NCBI GenBank assembly: GCA_016218485.1
Contig: JACRDY010000059.1
Span: 11,529 to 75,528 of the forward strand
Length of the DNA stretch: 64,000 bases
Direction: 5' to 3'
Source of the DNA: Candidatus Falkowbacteria bacterium
GTDB lineage: Bacteria; Patescibacteriota; Patescibacteriia; JACRDY01
Shown here piece by piece: positions 28,771 through 39,424 of this stretch. The notes beneath the pieces are model-generated. The model saw nothing but the letters and a program-made list of their open reading frames with translations, did no database searches and was not told the origin of the DNA. A program made the position numbers and the translations under genes. Every line of letters begins with the position of its first letter. Within the stretch, counting starts at the first letter, position 1.

Positions 28771-28831
28771 ATCCAGCACCTTTCAGAATACCCCGTCAGT
28801 TTGCTGCGGGGTATTCTGAAAGGTGCTGGAT
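28771..28831. repeat. atccagcacctttcagaatacccc...ggaaggtgctggat palindromic repeat (short form)
   Basis: Perfect ~28-bp arms. Confidence 0.8.
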
Positions 28832-28875
28832 TTATTTCAAAAGTCGCCCGATCGGGCGATTTTTGGGTATTGTGG

Positions 28876-28908
28876 GTATTTGTTGTAGAGACGCAATGCA
28901 TTGCGTCT
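28876..28908. repeat. Perfect palindrome tagagacgcaatgcattgcgtctcta
   Basis: Read directly. Confidence 0.6.
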
Positions 28909-29008
28909 CTACCAGACCCACCCCTGGACGCGTACATTTTTTTTGACAATTTATGATTATTGTAAGCTTTCAATTATCCATTGAGATAAAACAACAGGAG
29001 GTCAAGTC

Positions 29009-30481
29009 ATGTCGTCCAAGGCGATCGTAGATATCATCCGATGTGTGATGAATGGTCTGGCGTTGCCCGACAACGTCACGTGGGAAGGTGTGTGCGACGC
29101 ATACGGCTACGCCAAGCACAATCTTCCCGAAGAAGTGACTGCGGCGCTGTTTGAGCTCCTGGGGCAGTATCTCCGTCGGTTGCCGCCAGAGAAAGAAAAA
29201 ATCAAGAACCTTTTCGACTACTGGCAGGGAAAGGATCCCGCTCTTTCGCGACTCCAGGAGGTTGCAATCAAAACAGCAACCTATCCGTTTGAGCTGGAGT
29301 ATTGGGAGGGATGGCAGGATGACGATTTGTGTGACCTCGGGTATGAGCGGCTCGCCGCGATGCCCGTGACCGTGAAACGTTTGCAGGTGCAGTACCAATA
29401 CTGTCGTCCAGGAACAGAGCGACGGGCAACAGTCGTGGCAGCGCTGCTGGGTTGGTCGGATGAGGTATCCTATCACGAATTCAGCATGCTGGTCAGCACC
29501 TATCGGCAGCAGGGCTTCCCCGCGGATTTGGCGGGAGTTCTCAAAAAATGGGTGACTACTCAATCCACTCACTCCGCCGACTGGCTGGAGCAATGGGAGA
29601 GGATGAAGGCAGGTCATGACGCCGATTCGGCAGCGCTGGCGGAGGCGTTTTTCCATAACGCCATCTCCACCGCGCATGACTTCAATGAGCAGTGGAAGGT
29701 CTTGACAGAGTTGCCGCTCAGCGAGTGGCAACAACAGGCCGTTTTGGCCAAACTGGCCGAGACTGGCACGTTGGGAGACTGGCATTGGATTCTGGGGCGT
29801 ACTGAGCCCAAGGATCGTTCGCCGGAAGTCCTGCGGCTGATTGAGCAGGCGTACCAACAGACCGACTGGCGGACGCTCCTGCGTCTGGCACAGAACTCTG
29901 ACGCAGAGCCTGATGGGAATTGGGATGACGGGTACACTCGGATGCTCGGGGATGACGACCTGCTGTCTACAGTTCTGTTTGAGCAGATCGCTCGTGATCC
30001 CTCCGCGGAACTGCCGGAGCTGCTGCGGATTTGGTGCCGCACCATTCCCGAGAGCTCCTACGAGCCCGTCATCATGGAGAGGATTAAGGGAGCCATCACT
30101 ACGGCGCGTGATTGGCTGCAGACCTACGGCTGGTGGCAGCGGTCATCCGCCTTGATCGAGCTGGCGCAGTGTCGGCTGCTCGCGAGTGTCTCGTCCCTCG
30201 ACGAGTGGCTCAAGCTCTGCAGTGGATACAAACTGGAGCACTACACTTCGTGGGTGACTCCGCTGACGCGGCATTTCATCAGCGTCACGGATGCCGACTT
30301 TGAGTACTGGCAAAACAGGATCAAGCATCCGATCCTGCGGGACTGCGCCGGCGCCATTCTCCAGAAGATGCACACTAGCGCTGACAGCAAACAGTGTCTG
30401 GAGGCACTGCTCGAGCTGTGCTATGACTACCGGGACCCTCTCGGGTCAACGGTGGCGAAGGCGCTGCTCTCTGTCGCCTAA
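29009..30481 (+). CDS. hypothetical Trp-rich helical protein
   Basis: 490-aa ORF with an aggagg RBS; GC-richer than baseline; no family recognised; the overlapping minus-strand ORF 28970-29857 is judged spurious. Confidence 0.6.
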   Translation: MSSKAIVDIIRCVMNGLALPDNVTWEGVCDAYGYAKHNLPEEVTAALFELLGQYLRRLPPEKEKIKNLFDYWQGKDPALSRLQEVAIKTATYPFELEYWEGWQDDDLCDLGYERLAAMPVTVKRLQVQYQYCRPGTERRATVVAALLGWSDEVSYHEFSMLVSTYRQQGFPADLAGVLKKWVTTQSTHSADWLEQWERMKAGHDADSAALAEAFFHNAISTAHDFNEQWKVLTELPLSEWQQQAVLAKLAETGTLGDWHWILGRTEPKDRSPEVLRLIEQAYQQTDWRTLLRLAQNSDAEPDGNWDDGYTRMLGDDDLLSTVLFEQIARDPSAELPELLRIWCRTIPESSYEPVIMERIKGAITTARDWLQTYGWWQRSSALIELAQCRLLASVSSLDEWLKLCSGYKLEHYTSWVTPLTRHFISVTDADFEYWQNRIKHPILRDCAGAILQKMHTSADSKQCLEALLELCYDYRDPLGSTVAKALLSVA

Positions 30482-30496
30482 CATGCATGCGAGATT

Positions 30497-30535
30497 CAAT
30501 CCACCGGCGTTCGCGCCGGTGGCTTTCATTTAACA
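30497..30535. terminator. Rho-independent terminator (ccaccggcg-ttcg-cgccggtgg + T-rich)
   Basis: Read directly. Confidence 0.7.
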
Positions 30536-31125
30536 AAGATTTCAAGAAACAAAGAATCAATCGGTAAGTATTGTTTCGTTGCTTATTTGCTTCTTTGTTT
30601 CTTGGCCCCCCTGTTTCTTGGCCCCCTTGACTATTCAGGCGTAATTATTCTAAGATAACAAAATCCCAGACCGCGGAGGGTGTGGTCTCGAAGGACCTGG
30701 TCCTCAAACAGGATGCCTGTATTGCCTATTCGGGCCAGTGACGACATTCTCTGACACCATGGCAGCACCGTTTCTCCATTCGGGGCGCAATAGAGTGGGC
30801 GTTGCCCAAAAGCCCTGGGAGCGCAGAAACGAAGCGAGCAATGGCGATGAGACGCCGTCTAGGCCCGGATTCATCGGGCTCACCATGAATCAGAGGGACC
30901 CTTCGAGCCCTCCCTCCCGCGGTCGTTCACACGACACGAAAGCCCTCGCCCAACCACGATGATAAAAAAGTGTCTCCTAGTAGGACTCCAAATTCCCGGG
31001 TAGACACTTCCGGGGTCATCTGGTTGGGCGAGGTGCCCCTCCATTTTCATTCAGCCGATAGAATATCCGTTTAGAATATCCGTTTATAGCGGGTTTTTAT
31101 TTTTTTTGCTATACTGGTAATAGTA
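30536..31125. other. ~590-bp non-coding stretch of unknown nature (candidate structured RNA or decayed gene)
   Basis: No convincing ORF; internal palindromes (aggacctggtcct; duplicated ttcttggccccc; duplicated gaatatccgttta); did not match tmRNA, RNase P or SRP RNA consensus on inspection. Confidence 0.3.
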
Positions 31126-31127
31126 TA

Positions 31128-31245
31128 ATCCAGCACCTTCCAGAATATCCCGCAGCAAGCTGACGGGGTATTCTGGAAGGTGCTGGATGAATGGCTGAGA
31201 GAGTATTTCTGTGGCGTGCACTACCCCGACAGGAAGGTGCTGGAT
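31128..31245. repeat. atccagcaccttccagaata... palindromic repeat (long form)
   Basis: Near-identical to 11846-11947. Confidence 0.8.
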
Positions 31246-31256
31246 AAAATTTTGAT

Positions 31257-32015
31257 ATGGCGAGTCAGAACAAAAATTTAGTTAAGAAATTCCGGCCGCG
31301 CATCAGCGACGTCTTGGCCGACAAGCAGGGACTAGGACTGTCCTGGCGGGTGTTCAAGATTATCAGCGAGTTTGTGGCCGGATTTGAGTTCCTCAAGCGT
31401 TATGACGCGGCGGTTACGTTTTTCGGTTCGGCCCGACATGACGAGGGGCACCATGTGTATGAAGAAGCGCGGAAGCTGGCGGCCGAGTGCGCCACCATGG
31501 GCTTCGCGGTCATCACTGGTGGCGGCCCGGGCGTGATGGAGGCGGCCAACCAGGGCGCGACCGAAGCCGGCGGCGAGTCTATTGGGCTCAATATCCAGCT
31601 GCCCCGCGAGCAGCGGATGAACAAGTATGTTAAGCACGGTCAGCCGTTTCATTATTTCTTTACCCGTAAAGTCATGCTGACGTACGCGTCTGAAGTGTAC
31701 GTCTATTTTCCCGGCGGCTATGGCACGCTCGATGAGCTGCTGGAATTAATGACCTTGGTCCAGACCAAGAAAATCTGCCGGGTGCCGATCATCTTGGTGA
31801 ACAAGGCATTTTGGACGCCGCTGTTGCGTTGGTTTGCCAATGATTTACTCAAAGAATACAAGACGATCAGCCCTGATGATCTTAAGATTTACTACCTCGT
31901 GGATAATGCCGTTGAAGCCACGGCGCTGATCAAGAAACTGATTAAGGAGGGCAAGATCGGTGGGGCCGAGTGTCCGGTAGAATATGATGAGAGCTCGGAC
32001 ATCCGGCGGGTGTAG
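31257..32015 (+). CDS. LOG family protein (cytokinin riboside 5'-monophosphate phosphoribohydrolase-like / TIGR00730 Rossmann protein)
   Basis: 252 aa; GGGPGVMEAAN and PGGYGTLDEL motifs. Confidence 0.85.
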   Translation: MASQNKNLVKKFRPRISDVLADKQGLGLSWRVFKIISEFVAGFEFLKRYDAAVTFFGSARHDEGHHVYEEARKLAAECATMGFAVITGGGPGVMEAANQGATEAGGESIGLNIQLPREQRMNKYVKHGQPFHYFFTRKVMLTYASEVYVYFPGGYGTLDELLELMTLVQTKKICRVPIILVNKAFWTPLLRWFANDLLKEYKTISPDDLKIYYLVDNAVEATALIKKLIKEGKIGGAECPVEYDESSDIRRV

Positions 32016-32058
32016 GCTGGCTGGCTATAAATTAGGAGAAGCGTTATAGTATAATTAT

Positions 32059-32280
32059 ATGAATCAATTTGAAGGCGGTTACAAAGGTTCCGGCGGTCAC
32101 GCGGCGGATGCCGAGGGTGAAGCAAAACGCACTGAATTGGCCGCATTAGATCGGCAGATTCAGGTATTACAGCAACAGGTTGACGCTAAACGGCTTCAAT
32201 TTAAGAGTGGGGGAGGCGACGAAGAAATAAAATTGTTGAGTTTAATTAGAAGGCGGCGTAAGTTGCTTGGTATTGAATAG
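32059..32280 (+). CDS. hypothetical small coiled-coil protein
   Basis: 73-aa ORF with a tataat-like box upstream and a terminator-like hairpin downstream (32300-32335). Confidence 0.35.
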   Translation: MNQFEGGYKGSGGHAADAEGEAKRTELAALDRQIQVLQQQVDAKRLQFKSGGGDEEIKLLSLIRRRRKLLGIE

Positions 32281-32384
32281 TTGTTTATAAGGTTTAACCA
32301 ATAGGCCGCTCCGGAAACGAGGGCGGTTTTTTAGATAAATTTTTTTATTAAAATTATCCATAGCGCTGATTAAGCTCAACCCCA

Positions 32385-32520
32385 CCCTGTCCCTCCCCTT
32401 ACTTCGGCCCCGCATTATGCGGGGACCTTGCAAGAGGAGGAGACGTGCTCTTCCGACTCAGGTGGTAGGTCCCGTCTCCTCCCCTTGCGGAGTAAGGGGA
32501 GGGACAGGGTGGGGTTGAGC
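32385..32520. repeat. ~135-bp GC-rich mosaic palindrome (ccccaccctgtccctccccttacttcgg-ccccgcattatgcgggg ... aaggggagggacagggtgggg)
   Basis: Outer and inner arms complementary, read directly. Confidence 0.8.
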
Positions 32521-32649
32521 CAAATCATAGCGCCTGCCAGATTAAATTTTTTTGCTTTTTCTCGGTACTTGATATAGAATGGTCGTACAATCTAAGTCCC
32601 ATTTGGGCCTAAGCAGGGGTATAGCAAAAAATACCGCTGTCAGTTTTGC

Positions 32650-32740
32650 ATTAAAAATCTTGTTAAATTGCCACATTGCCAAATTGTCGCACTGTTGTGT
32701 GAGGTATTTAACAATGTAGCCATGTGACAATGTAACAATA
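32650..32740. repeat. attgcca-heptamer-based palindromic repeat upstream of uvrB
   Basis: Related to 16670-16810. Confidence 0.6.
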
Positions 32741-34662
32741 TGTTATTTAAAGTCGTTTCCCCATTCCAGCCGGCCGGCGATCAACCCGAGGCCATTACGG
32801 CCTTAACGGGCGGTTTTGCCAAATATCCGCAGCAGACGCTCCTCGGCGTGACCGGGTCAGGCAAGACTTTTACCGCGGCCAATGTCATTGCCAGACTGAA
32901 CAAGCCGACGTTGGTTTTGTCGCACAACAAGACACTGGCGGCGCAGCTGTACAATGAGTTCCGGGAATTTTTTCCCGAGAACAAGGTATGTTATTTTGTT
33001 TCGTATTACGACTACTACCAGCCGGAGAGCTATTTGCCGATCACTGACACGTACATTGAGAAGGACATGAAGATCAATGAGAAGATTGAGCAGCTGCGGC
33101 TTGAGGCCACGGCGGCCTTGATGAGCCGTGATGACGTGATTGTTGTCTCGTCCGTTTCTTGCATTTACGGCCTGGGCAAGCCGGATAATTTTAAATCCAG
33201 CGCCGTGGAAATCAAAGTGGGCAGTAAAATTTCCCCGGAAGAATTTGTCTCAAAACTCGTAGACATCCAGTATGAGAACTCGGACCTAGAGCTGCATCCG
33301 GGGAATTTTCGTTTGCGTGGCAGTACGGTGGAGCTGATTGAGGGCGCGGGTACCACGGTGCTGCGAATCGAGTTTGATGAAAAGAAAATCGCCAAGATCA
33401 GCGAGCTGCATCCCATCACGTTCAACAAGACCGGAGACATCAGTGACGTCTACATTTTCCCGGCGCGGCATTTCGTGTTTGACGCCGGCAGCACTCAGAA
33501 AGCTCTGAAAACCATTCGGGCTGAATTACAAGAACGGCTGCCCCAGCTCGATGACATTAAAGCCTATCGCCTTGAGAAGCGGACGAATTATGACCTGGAA
33601 ATGATAGAGCAGCTGGGACACTGCAAGGGGATTGAGAACTACTCGCGGCACTTTGACGGCCGGCGTCCGGGCGAGCAGCCCTATACCCTGATTGATTATT
33701 TCAAAGCTAAGGGTGACTGGCTGCTCTTAATTGACGAGAGCCATGTATCGCTGCCGCAGGTCCAGGGTATGTACGGCGGCGACCGCAGCCGCAAGGACAA
33801 TTTGATTGAGCACGGTTTTCGCTTGCCCTCGGCGTACGACAATCGGCCATTGACCTTTACTGAATTTGAAAAATATTTAAATCACGTGATTTATATTTCC
33901 GCCACGCCGAGCGAATATGAACGGGAACACTCGGGTCAGATCGTTGAGCAGATTATTCGGCCGACCGGTCTCGTGGATCCTCCGATCACGGTCAAGCCGG
34001 CCGAAGGCCAAGTCAAAGACGTGGAGCGGGAAATCCGGAAAACGGTTGAGCAGGGCTACCGCGTCTTAGTTACCACCTTGACTAAACGTCTGGCTGAAGA
34101 TTTGACCAGCTATTTGGTTGAACAGAACATTAAGGCCAAATACCTGCACAGTGAGATTGATACGATGGAGCGGACTAGGCTGATTCAGGATTTGCGCTTG
34201 GGTAAGTTTGACGTTTTGGTTGGGATTAACCTGCTCCGGGAAGGCCTGGACATCCCGGAAGTGGCGCTGGTGGCGATACTGGACGCGGACAAGGAAGGCT
34301 TCCTGCGCAATGAACGCAGTCTGATCCAGACCATTGGCCGAGCGGCGCGCAATGTGGACAGCCGGGTGATTATGTATGCCGACACGTATACCCGTTCAAT
34401 CAAAGCGGCCATCAAAGAAACCGACCGCCGACGGATGCGGCAAGAGCAGTATAATACCGAGCACGGCATTACTCCGGAGAGCATTACTAAGGCGATTATT
34501 GTTCGTGAGGACGTCATTCTGCCGGAATTGAAGGGCCAAGCGCTGGATGCCGAAAAAGTGTTAGTTGAGCTGGAGCTGCAGATGCAGGCCGCGGCCGAGA
34601 GTCTGGACTTCGAGCGGGCGATCATGCTGCGGGATAAGATTAAAGAATTAAAAGAGAAATAA
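32740..34662 (+). CDS. uvrB: excinuclease ABC subunit B
   Basis: 640 aa; GVTGSGKT Walker A, helicase motifs and C-terminal UVR domain. Confidence 0.95.
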   Translation: MLFKVVSPFQPAGDQPEAITALTGGFAKYPQQTLLGVTGSGKTFTAANVIARLNKPTLVLSHNKTLAAQLYNEFREFFPENKVCYFVSYYDYYQPESYLPITDTYIEKDMKINEKIEQLRLEATAALMSRDDVIVVSSVSCIYGLGKPDNFKSSAVEIKVGSKISPEEFVSKLVDIQYENSDLELHPGNFRLRGSTVELIEGAGTTVLRIEFDEKKIAKISELHPITFNKTGDISDVYIFPARHFVFDAGSTQKALKTIRAELQERLPQLDDIKAYRLEKRTNYDLEMIEQLGHCKGIENYSRHFDGRRPGEQPYTLIDYFKAKGDWLLLIDESHVSLPQVQGMYGGDRSRKDNLIEHGFRLPSAYDNRPLTFTEFEKYLNHVIYISATPSEYEREHSGQIVEQIIRPTGLVDPPITVKPAEGQVKDVEREIRKTVEQGYRVLVTTLTKRLAEDLTSYLVEQNIKAKYLHSEIDTMERTRLIQDLRLGKFDVLVGINLLREGLDIPEVALVAILDADKEGFLRNERSLIQTIGRAARNVDSRVIMYADTYTRSIKAAIKETDRRRMRQEQYNTEHGITPESITKAIIVREDVILPELKGQALDAEKVLVELELQMQAAAESLDFERAIMLRDKIKELKEK

Positions 34663-34666
34663 ATCT

Positions 34667-35119
34667 ATGAAGAAAAAACACGTGGACGCAGAGTACAGTC
34701 AGATCACCTCCTATATCTGGATTGGCACTAATCAGTGCTGTAATTTCCATTTTAAGAAAGAATTATTGCGGCAGGGGATTGACGCGGATATTAGTCTGGA
34801 AGAAGAGCGGGTGGATGAGCCGGTTGGTGTGCATCATTTTCTCTGGTTGCCAGTCAAAGATCATCATGCGTTGAGTCAGACACAGTTGCATATTGGGGCG
34901 GCTTTTATGGAAACGTTAGTCAAAAGCAAAATCAAGATGTATGTCCACTGCAAAAACGGTCATGGCCGTTCACCCAGTTTGGTGATGGCTTATTTTATCA
35001 CGCAAGGCAAAACGTATCAGCAGGCCTTTGACTTGGTCAAGAGTAAACGTCCGGAAGTACATCTTCGGCCGAGTCAAACAGCGGCTCTGCGGAAGTTTGC
35101 TCAGCGTCGGAAGAAATAA
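34667..35119 (+). CDS. dual-specificity / tyrosine protein phosphatase (DUSP-like)
   Basis: 150 aa; VHCKNGHGRSPS = HCx5R catalytic loop. Confidence 0.75.
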   Translation: MKKKHVDAEYSQITSYIWIGTNQCCNFHFKKELLRQGIDADISLEEERVDEPVGVHHFLWLPVKDHHALSQTQLHIGAAFMETLVKSKIKMYVHCKNGHGRSPSLVMAYFITQGKTYQQAFDLVKSKRPEVHLRPSQTAALRKFAQRRKK

Positions 35120-35231
35120 AAAAACAAACCCGTTCGCAATAGCGGGAACGGATTTGTTTGACGGTTCCAGGTTTGACACTTGAATATTACCAGTATAACA
35201 AAGTATATTGTTGTGTCAATGGAATAGGTGT

Positions 35232-35300
35232 GGAGCTAAGGGGAATCGAACCCCTGTATTCAAGTGTCAGGCTGGAATACCGCCACCAGGCATAGCTCCA
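35232..35300 (-). tRNA. tRNA-like gene with canonical acceptor and T-arm but atypical D/anticodon region; anticodon unresolved (loop CCUGACA)
   Basis: Minus-strand RNA GGAGCUAUGCCUGGUGGCGGUAUUCCAGCCUGACACUUGAAUACAGGGGUUCGAUUCCCCUUAGCUCCA; 7/7 acceptor pairs; GGGGUUCGAUUCCCC T-arm; no CCA; anticodon stem needs a C-U mismatch or a 9-bp stem. Confidence 0.55.
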
Positions 35301-35381
35301 CACCCAAGGCGAGTGTACCAGAGGTAGTATTAAAAAAATCTAAACTATTTAATTAATTAAAATTTTTGCCTTACTGTTGAT

Positions 35382-38222
35382 ATGCCCAGTGAATCCATCC
35401 AAATCCGCGGCGCGCGGGAACACAATCTCAAGAGCATCAACGTGGATATTCCGATTAACCAGTTCACGGTGATTACCGGCCTGTCCGGCAGCGGCAAGTC
35501 GAGCCTCGCGTTTGACACCGTCTACGCCGAGGGTCAGCGTCGGTATGTTGAGAGTCTGTCGAGTTACGCCCGGCAGTTTTTGGGCATCATGGGCAAGCCG
35601 GATGTGGACAGCATCAAGGGCCTCTCGCCGGCGATTTCGATTGAGCAGAAGAGTATCTCACACAACCCGCGCTCAACCGTCGGGACGATCACGGAAATTT
35701 ACGACTACTTGCGTCTGCTCTATGCCCGGATCGGCGTGCCGCACTGTCCGCTGTGCGGTACGGTAATCAAACCGCAAGACGCGGAGAGTATTACCAAAAA
35801 TTTGCTGACTGGTTTTGCCGGGAAAAAAGTCAAGATTCTGGCGCCCATTGTGCGTGGCAAAAAGGGCAACTACGAGCAGCTATTTTTAGACTTGAACAAA
35901 CAGGGCTATGTCCGCGTCCGGGTGGATGGCAAGGAAGGGGAGGTGACGGATTATTTTGGCCAGGGTAAGACAGTGATTGAGCGCTATGCCCCGCACAACA
36001 TTGAAGTCTTGATTGACACGATTAAAGTTGACGGTCCGGCGAAAACTCGGTTGCAGCGCTCGATTGAGTCGGCATTGAAGCTGGCCGCTGGTCTGGTGAT
36101 GGTTATTATTGAGCAGCATAAAAAAGACGCAATTGAAAAAGTTTACTCACAGCATTTAGCTTGTCCGGACTGCGGCATTAGTTTTGACAAATTACAGCCG
36201 CGCCTGTTCAGCTTCAATTCACCCTTTGGCGCCTGTCCGACCTGTCACGGTCTGGGCTTTATCCAAAAATTCGAGCCGGAGCTGATTATTCCGGACAAAG
36301 GCTGGACGCTGTCTGAGGGCGCTATTCGGCCGCAGGGGTTCAGCGTCAGCGGGTTCTTTGGTCAAATGCTCGAGACCCTCGGTCACAAGTACAAGTTTAG
36401 CGTTGAGACGCCGGTTCAGGATTTGTCCAAGAAAATCATGGATATTATTTTCTATGGCACGGATGACAAGATTGACTGGGAATTCGCCTCCAAGAGCACG
36501 GATAATGTCTGGGAGTGGACGGGTCGCTGGGAGGGGATTGTGCACCGTCTGGAGCGGCTGTACAAGCAAACGGACTCGGATAGCCGGCGGGCGGAGATGG
36601 AGCGCTACATGATAGAGCAGCCGTGCGGTGGCTGCGGCGGCGCCCGGCTCAAGCAGGAGGCGCTGGCCGTGATGCTATCCGGTAAAAATATCCATGAGAT
36701 TACCGGCTTGCCAATTACCGAGCTGGTTGCTTTTCTGTCCACGATCAAGCTGAACAAAGCGGAAACCGAGATCGGCAAACAAATCATGAAAGAGCTGGCT
36801 GACCGACTGCAGTTTCTGGTTGACGTCGGACTTGATTATTTGACGCTGGCGCGGCGCGGGGCCACGCTGTCCGGGGGCGAGGGTCAGCGGATTCGTCTGG
36901 CGACGCAGATCGGCTCGGAGCTGCGCGGCGTGACCTATATCCTGGACGAGCCGTCGATCGGCCTGCACCAACGTGATAATGAGAAACTGATCAAGACGCT
37001 CAAGAATATGCGCGATATTGGCAACACCGTCATCGTGGTGGAGCACGACGAGGATACGATTTTGGCCGCGGATTATGTGTTTGATATCGGGCCGGGCGCG
37101 GGGATCCACGGCGGGCACGTGGTGGCGGAGGGCACGCCGGAGCAGATTAAGAAAAATAAAAAATCGCTGACCGGGGCGTATCTGTCCGGCCGCCAGCACA
37201 TCAGCGTCCCGGATAAGCGGCGCCGGCCGCACGGTTTTATTGAGCTGCGCGGCGCGCGCCACAATAATTTGAAAGATATTAACGTCGACTTTCCCGTGGA
37301 AGTGCTGTGCTGCATCACCGGCGTGTCCGGCAGCGGCAAGTCCAGCCTGATTACCGACACGTTGTATCCAATACTCGCCAAGAAACTGCACTACGCGCGC
37401 GTGGTGCCCGGCGCGCATGACAGCATTGAGAATTTCGGCTATGTGGACAAGGTGATTATCATTGACCAGTCGCCGATTGGCCGGACGCCCCGTAGTAATC
37501 CAGCTACTTATACGGGAGTGTTTACTTATATTCGTGAGTTATTTGCCGCTACGAAAGAGGCTAAGATACGGGGCTACCAGCCGGGACGGTTCAGCTTCAA
37601 CGTTGAGGGCGGACGCTGCGGCAACTGCGAGGGCGACGGCGTGATTAAGATTGAGATGCATTTCTTGCCTGATGTCTATGTGGAGTGCGAGCAGTGCAAA
37701 GGTCAGCGCTACAATGAGGAAACACTGGAGGTGAAGTACAAAGACAAGAATATCGCTGAAGTTCTGAATATGACGGTGGAAGAAGCCCTGACGTTCTTCG
37801 GGCCGGTGCCGCGGATTAAGAGCAAGATGCAGACGCTCTTCGACGTTGGCTTGGGCTATATCAAGCTGGGCCAGTCCGCCACCACGCTGTCCGGCGGCGA
37901 GGCCCAGCGCATCAAGCTGACCGCCGAGTTGTCACGGCGCGATACCGGGCGTACACTGTATATACTTGATGAGCCGACCACCGGCCTGCACTTCGCCGAC
38001 ATTGAGAAGCTCCTGGAAGTGCTGAATCGTCTGGTGGACAAAGGCAACACGGTGATCGTGATTGAGCACAATCTCGACGTAGTCAAGTCCGCGGACTATA
38101 TTATTGATTTGGGTCCCGAAGGCGGCGACCGCGGCGGGCAAGTGATTGCCAAAGGCACGCCAGAGCAGATAGTCAAAGAAAAGGGGAGCTATACCGGGAA
38201 GTTTTTGCGGAGGGTGGTTTAA
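35382..38222 (+). CDS. uvrA: excinuclease ABC subunit A
   Basis: 946 aa; two ABC modules with zinc-finger insertions. Confidence 0.95.
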   Translation: MPSESIQIRGAREHNLKSINVDIPINQFTVITGLSGSGKSSLAFDTVYAEGQRRYVESLSSYARQFLGIMGKPDVDSIKGLSPAISIEQKSISHNPRSTVGTITEIYDYLRLLYARIGVPHCPLCGTVIKPQDAESITKNLLTGFAGKKVKILAPIVRGKKGNYEQLFLDLNKQGYVRVRVDGKEGEVTDYFGQGKTVIERYAPHNIEVLIDTIKVDGPAKTRLQRSIESALKLAAGLVMVIIEQHKKDAIEKVYSQHLACPDCGISFDKLQPRLFSFNSPFGACPTCHGLGFIQKFEPELIIPDKGWTLSEGAIRPQGFSVSGFFGQMLETLGHKYKFSVETPVQDLSKKIMDIIFYGTDDKIDWEFASKSTDNVWEWTGRWEGIVHRLERLYKQTDSDSRRAEMERYMIEQPCGGCGGARLKQEALAVMLSGKNIHEITGLPITELVAFLSTIKLNKAETEIGKQIMKELADRLQFLVDVGLDYLTLARRGATLSGGEGQRIRLATQIGSELRGVTYILDEPSIGLHQRDNEKLIKTLKNMRDIGNTVIVVEHDEDTILAADYVFDIGPGAGIHGGHVVAEGTPEQIKKNKKSLTGAYLSGRQHISVPDKRRRPHGFIELRGARHNNLKDINVDFPVEVLCCITGVSGSGKSSLITDTLYPILAKKLHYARVVPGAHDSIENFGYVDKVIIIDQSPIGRTPRSNPATYTGVFTYIRELFAATKEAKIRGYQPGRFSFNVEGGRCGNCEGDGVIKIEMHFLPDVYVECEQCKGQRYNEETLEVKYKDKNIAEVLNMTVEEALTFFGPVPRIKSKMQTLFDVGLGYIKLGQSATTLSGGEAQRIKLTAELSRRDTGRTLYILDEPTTGLHFADIEKLLEVLNRLVDKGNTVIVIEHNLDVVKSADYIIDLGPEGGDRGGQVIAKGTPEQIVKEKGSYTGKFLRRVV

Positions 38223-38334
38223 TCCATCTTTTTGCTTTTTTAGGTTATCCACAGTTTAATCTTGATTTTTGATCAGAATAGTGTATTATTATTTTTAGGA
38301 TCTAAATAATAATTAATTTTTTAAGATCAAAAAT

Positions 38335-39414
38335 ATGGAGGAATTTAAATTAAAAGCATTCAAAGTCATCCAAAATGGTAGGCAATTTTACGTTTCAACC
38401 ATCACATGTGAGCAGCTACTCGACGAAGATACCTTTAGAACCGACATTTGGAAAGAGGAATTGAAAAATACTCCATCAAAACAAGGGTATCAACGAGAAC
38501 CATCTCAAAATCATGTTAATGGAGTTGTGAAGTATATGGCTGGTGATAATATATCAATTTTTCCCACCAGTATTTTGCTAAATTGCCGTTATAAAATACC
38601 TAGTCGCGAAAATGGCAGTATATTTGAGATAACTATTGATAGACCTCTATGGATCGTGGATGGTCAGCACCGAATTTATGGCATTAGAAAGGCCATTCAA
38701 GAGAAAGGTCTAAGAGAGTGGAAAGGATTTTCTGTGCCGGTAGTTATATTAGATGAATTTGATCAAGGTGAAGAATTAGCTCAATTTAAGGTTATTAATG
38801 AGAGTCAAAAGGGGATATCTACTGGTCTGTTGCAGTGGCAGATGTATCAACAGTATACTCGTGACCCTGAAATGAAGGATAAATATAAGAGTAAAATTTG
38901 GCAGGTCAAAGCTTTAATGGCTATGGATAAACTTAATGATGACGATAATAGCCCTTGGAAAAATCATATTCAACTGCCAAACGTGGAGAAACGCAGAGAT
39001 CATTCAATTAACCAAACTTCTTTTGTGACTTCTTTGAAGCCTTTATTTAAGGATGGTTTTCTAAGTAATTATAAACTAGATGATTCGGTTTTAGTCCTTA
39101 AGAATTATTGGAAAGCGGTCTCTGTATTGTTTCCTGAGGCAATGAAAGACCATAAGCATTATTTACTATTAAAAACCCCTGGTATTTTTCCATTACATCT
39201 ATTAGCTAACGAAATATTACCGCGTTGTAACAAAGATGTCAGTATAGAGAAGATATTGGAGTATTTAAAAGTTGTTTTTAAAGATCAAAAATATAGTAAC
39301 GAATTTTGGTCGAAAAAAGGCCGAGGAGCAGCTTTGTTAGGAAGTATGAAAGGATTTAAACGTTTAGCGGATGATTTGATCATGGATCTTCCAGAACAAA
39401 CCTTAACAAAATAA
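38335..39414 (+). CDS. DGQHR domain protein (DndB-like, ParB/Srx-fold)
   Basis: 359 aa; WIVDGQHRIYGI motif; ~36% GC against a ~55% background. Confidence 0.75.
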   Translation: MEEFKLKAFKVIQNGRQFYVSTITCEQLLDEDTFRTDIWKEELKNTPSKQGYQREPSQNHVNGVVKYMAGDNISIFPTSILLNCRYKIPSRENGSIFEITIDRPLWIVDGQHRIYGIRKAIQEKGLREWKGFSVPVVILDEFDQGEELAQFKVINESQKGISTGLLQWQMYQQYTRDPEMKDKYKSKIWQVKALMAMDKLNDDDNSPWKNHIQLPNVEKRRDHSINQTSFVTSLKPLFKDGFLSNYKLDDSVLVLKNYWKAVSVLFPEAMKDHKHYLLLKTPGIFPLHLLANEILPRCNKDVSIEKILEYLKVVFKDQKYSNEFWSKKGRGAALLGSMKGFKRLADDLIMDLPEQTLTK

Positions 39415-39424
39415 TTAAAATAAT

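Noticed and set aside
28970-29857. 295-aa minus-strand ORF overlapping the 490-aa hypothetical
   Set aside because: The plus-strand ORF is longer and has an aggagg RBS. The minus ORF has no RBS and reads as low-complexity.
30536-31125. tmRNA or RNase P RNA in the 590-bp gap
   Set aside because: Neither strand shows the tmRNA 5' GGGG...3' T-arm/CCA pairing or a convincing tag reading frame. RNase P P4 and other universally conserved motifs are absent. It is kept only as an unexplained region.
32542-32730. 62-aa minus-strand ORF upstream of uvrB
   Set aside because: It lies in an AT-rich promoter/repeat region and is antisense to uvrB leader repeats. It has no RBS.
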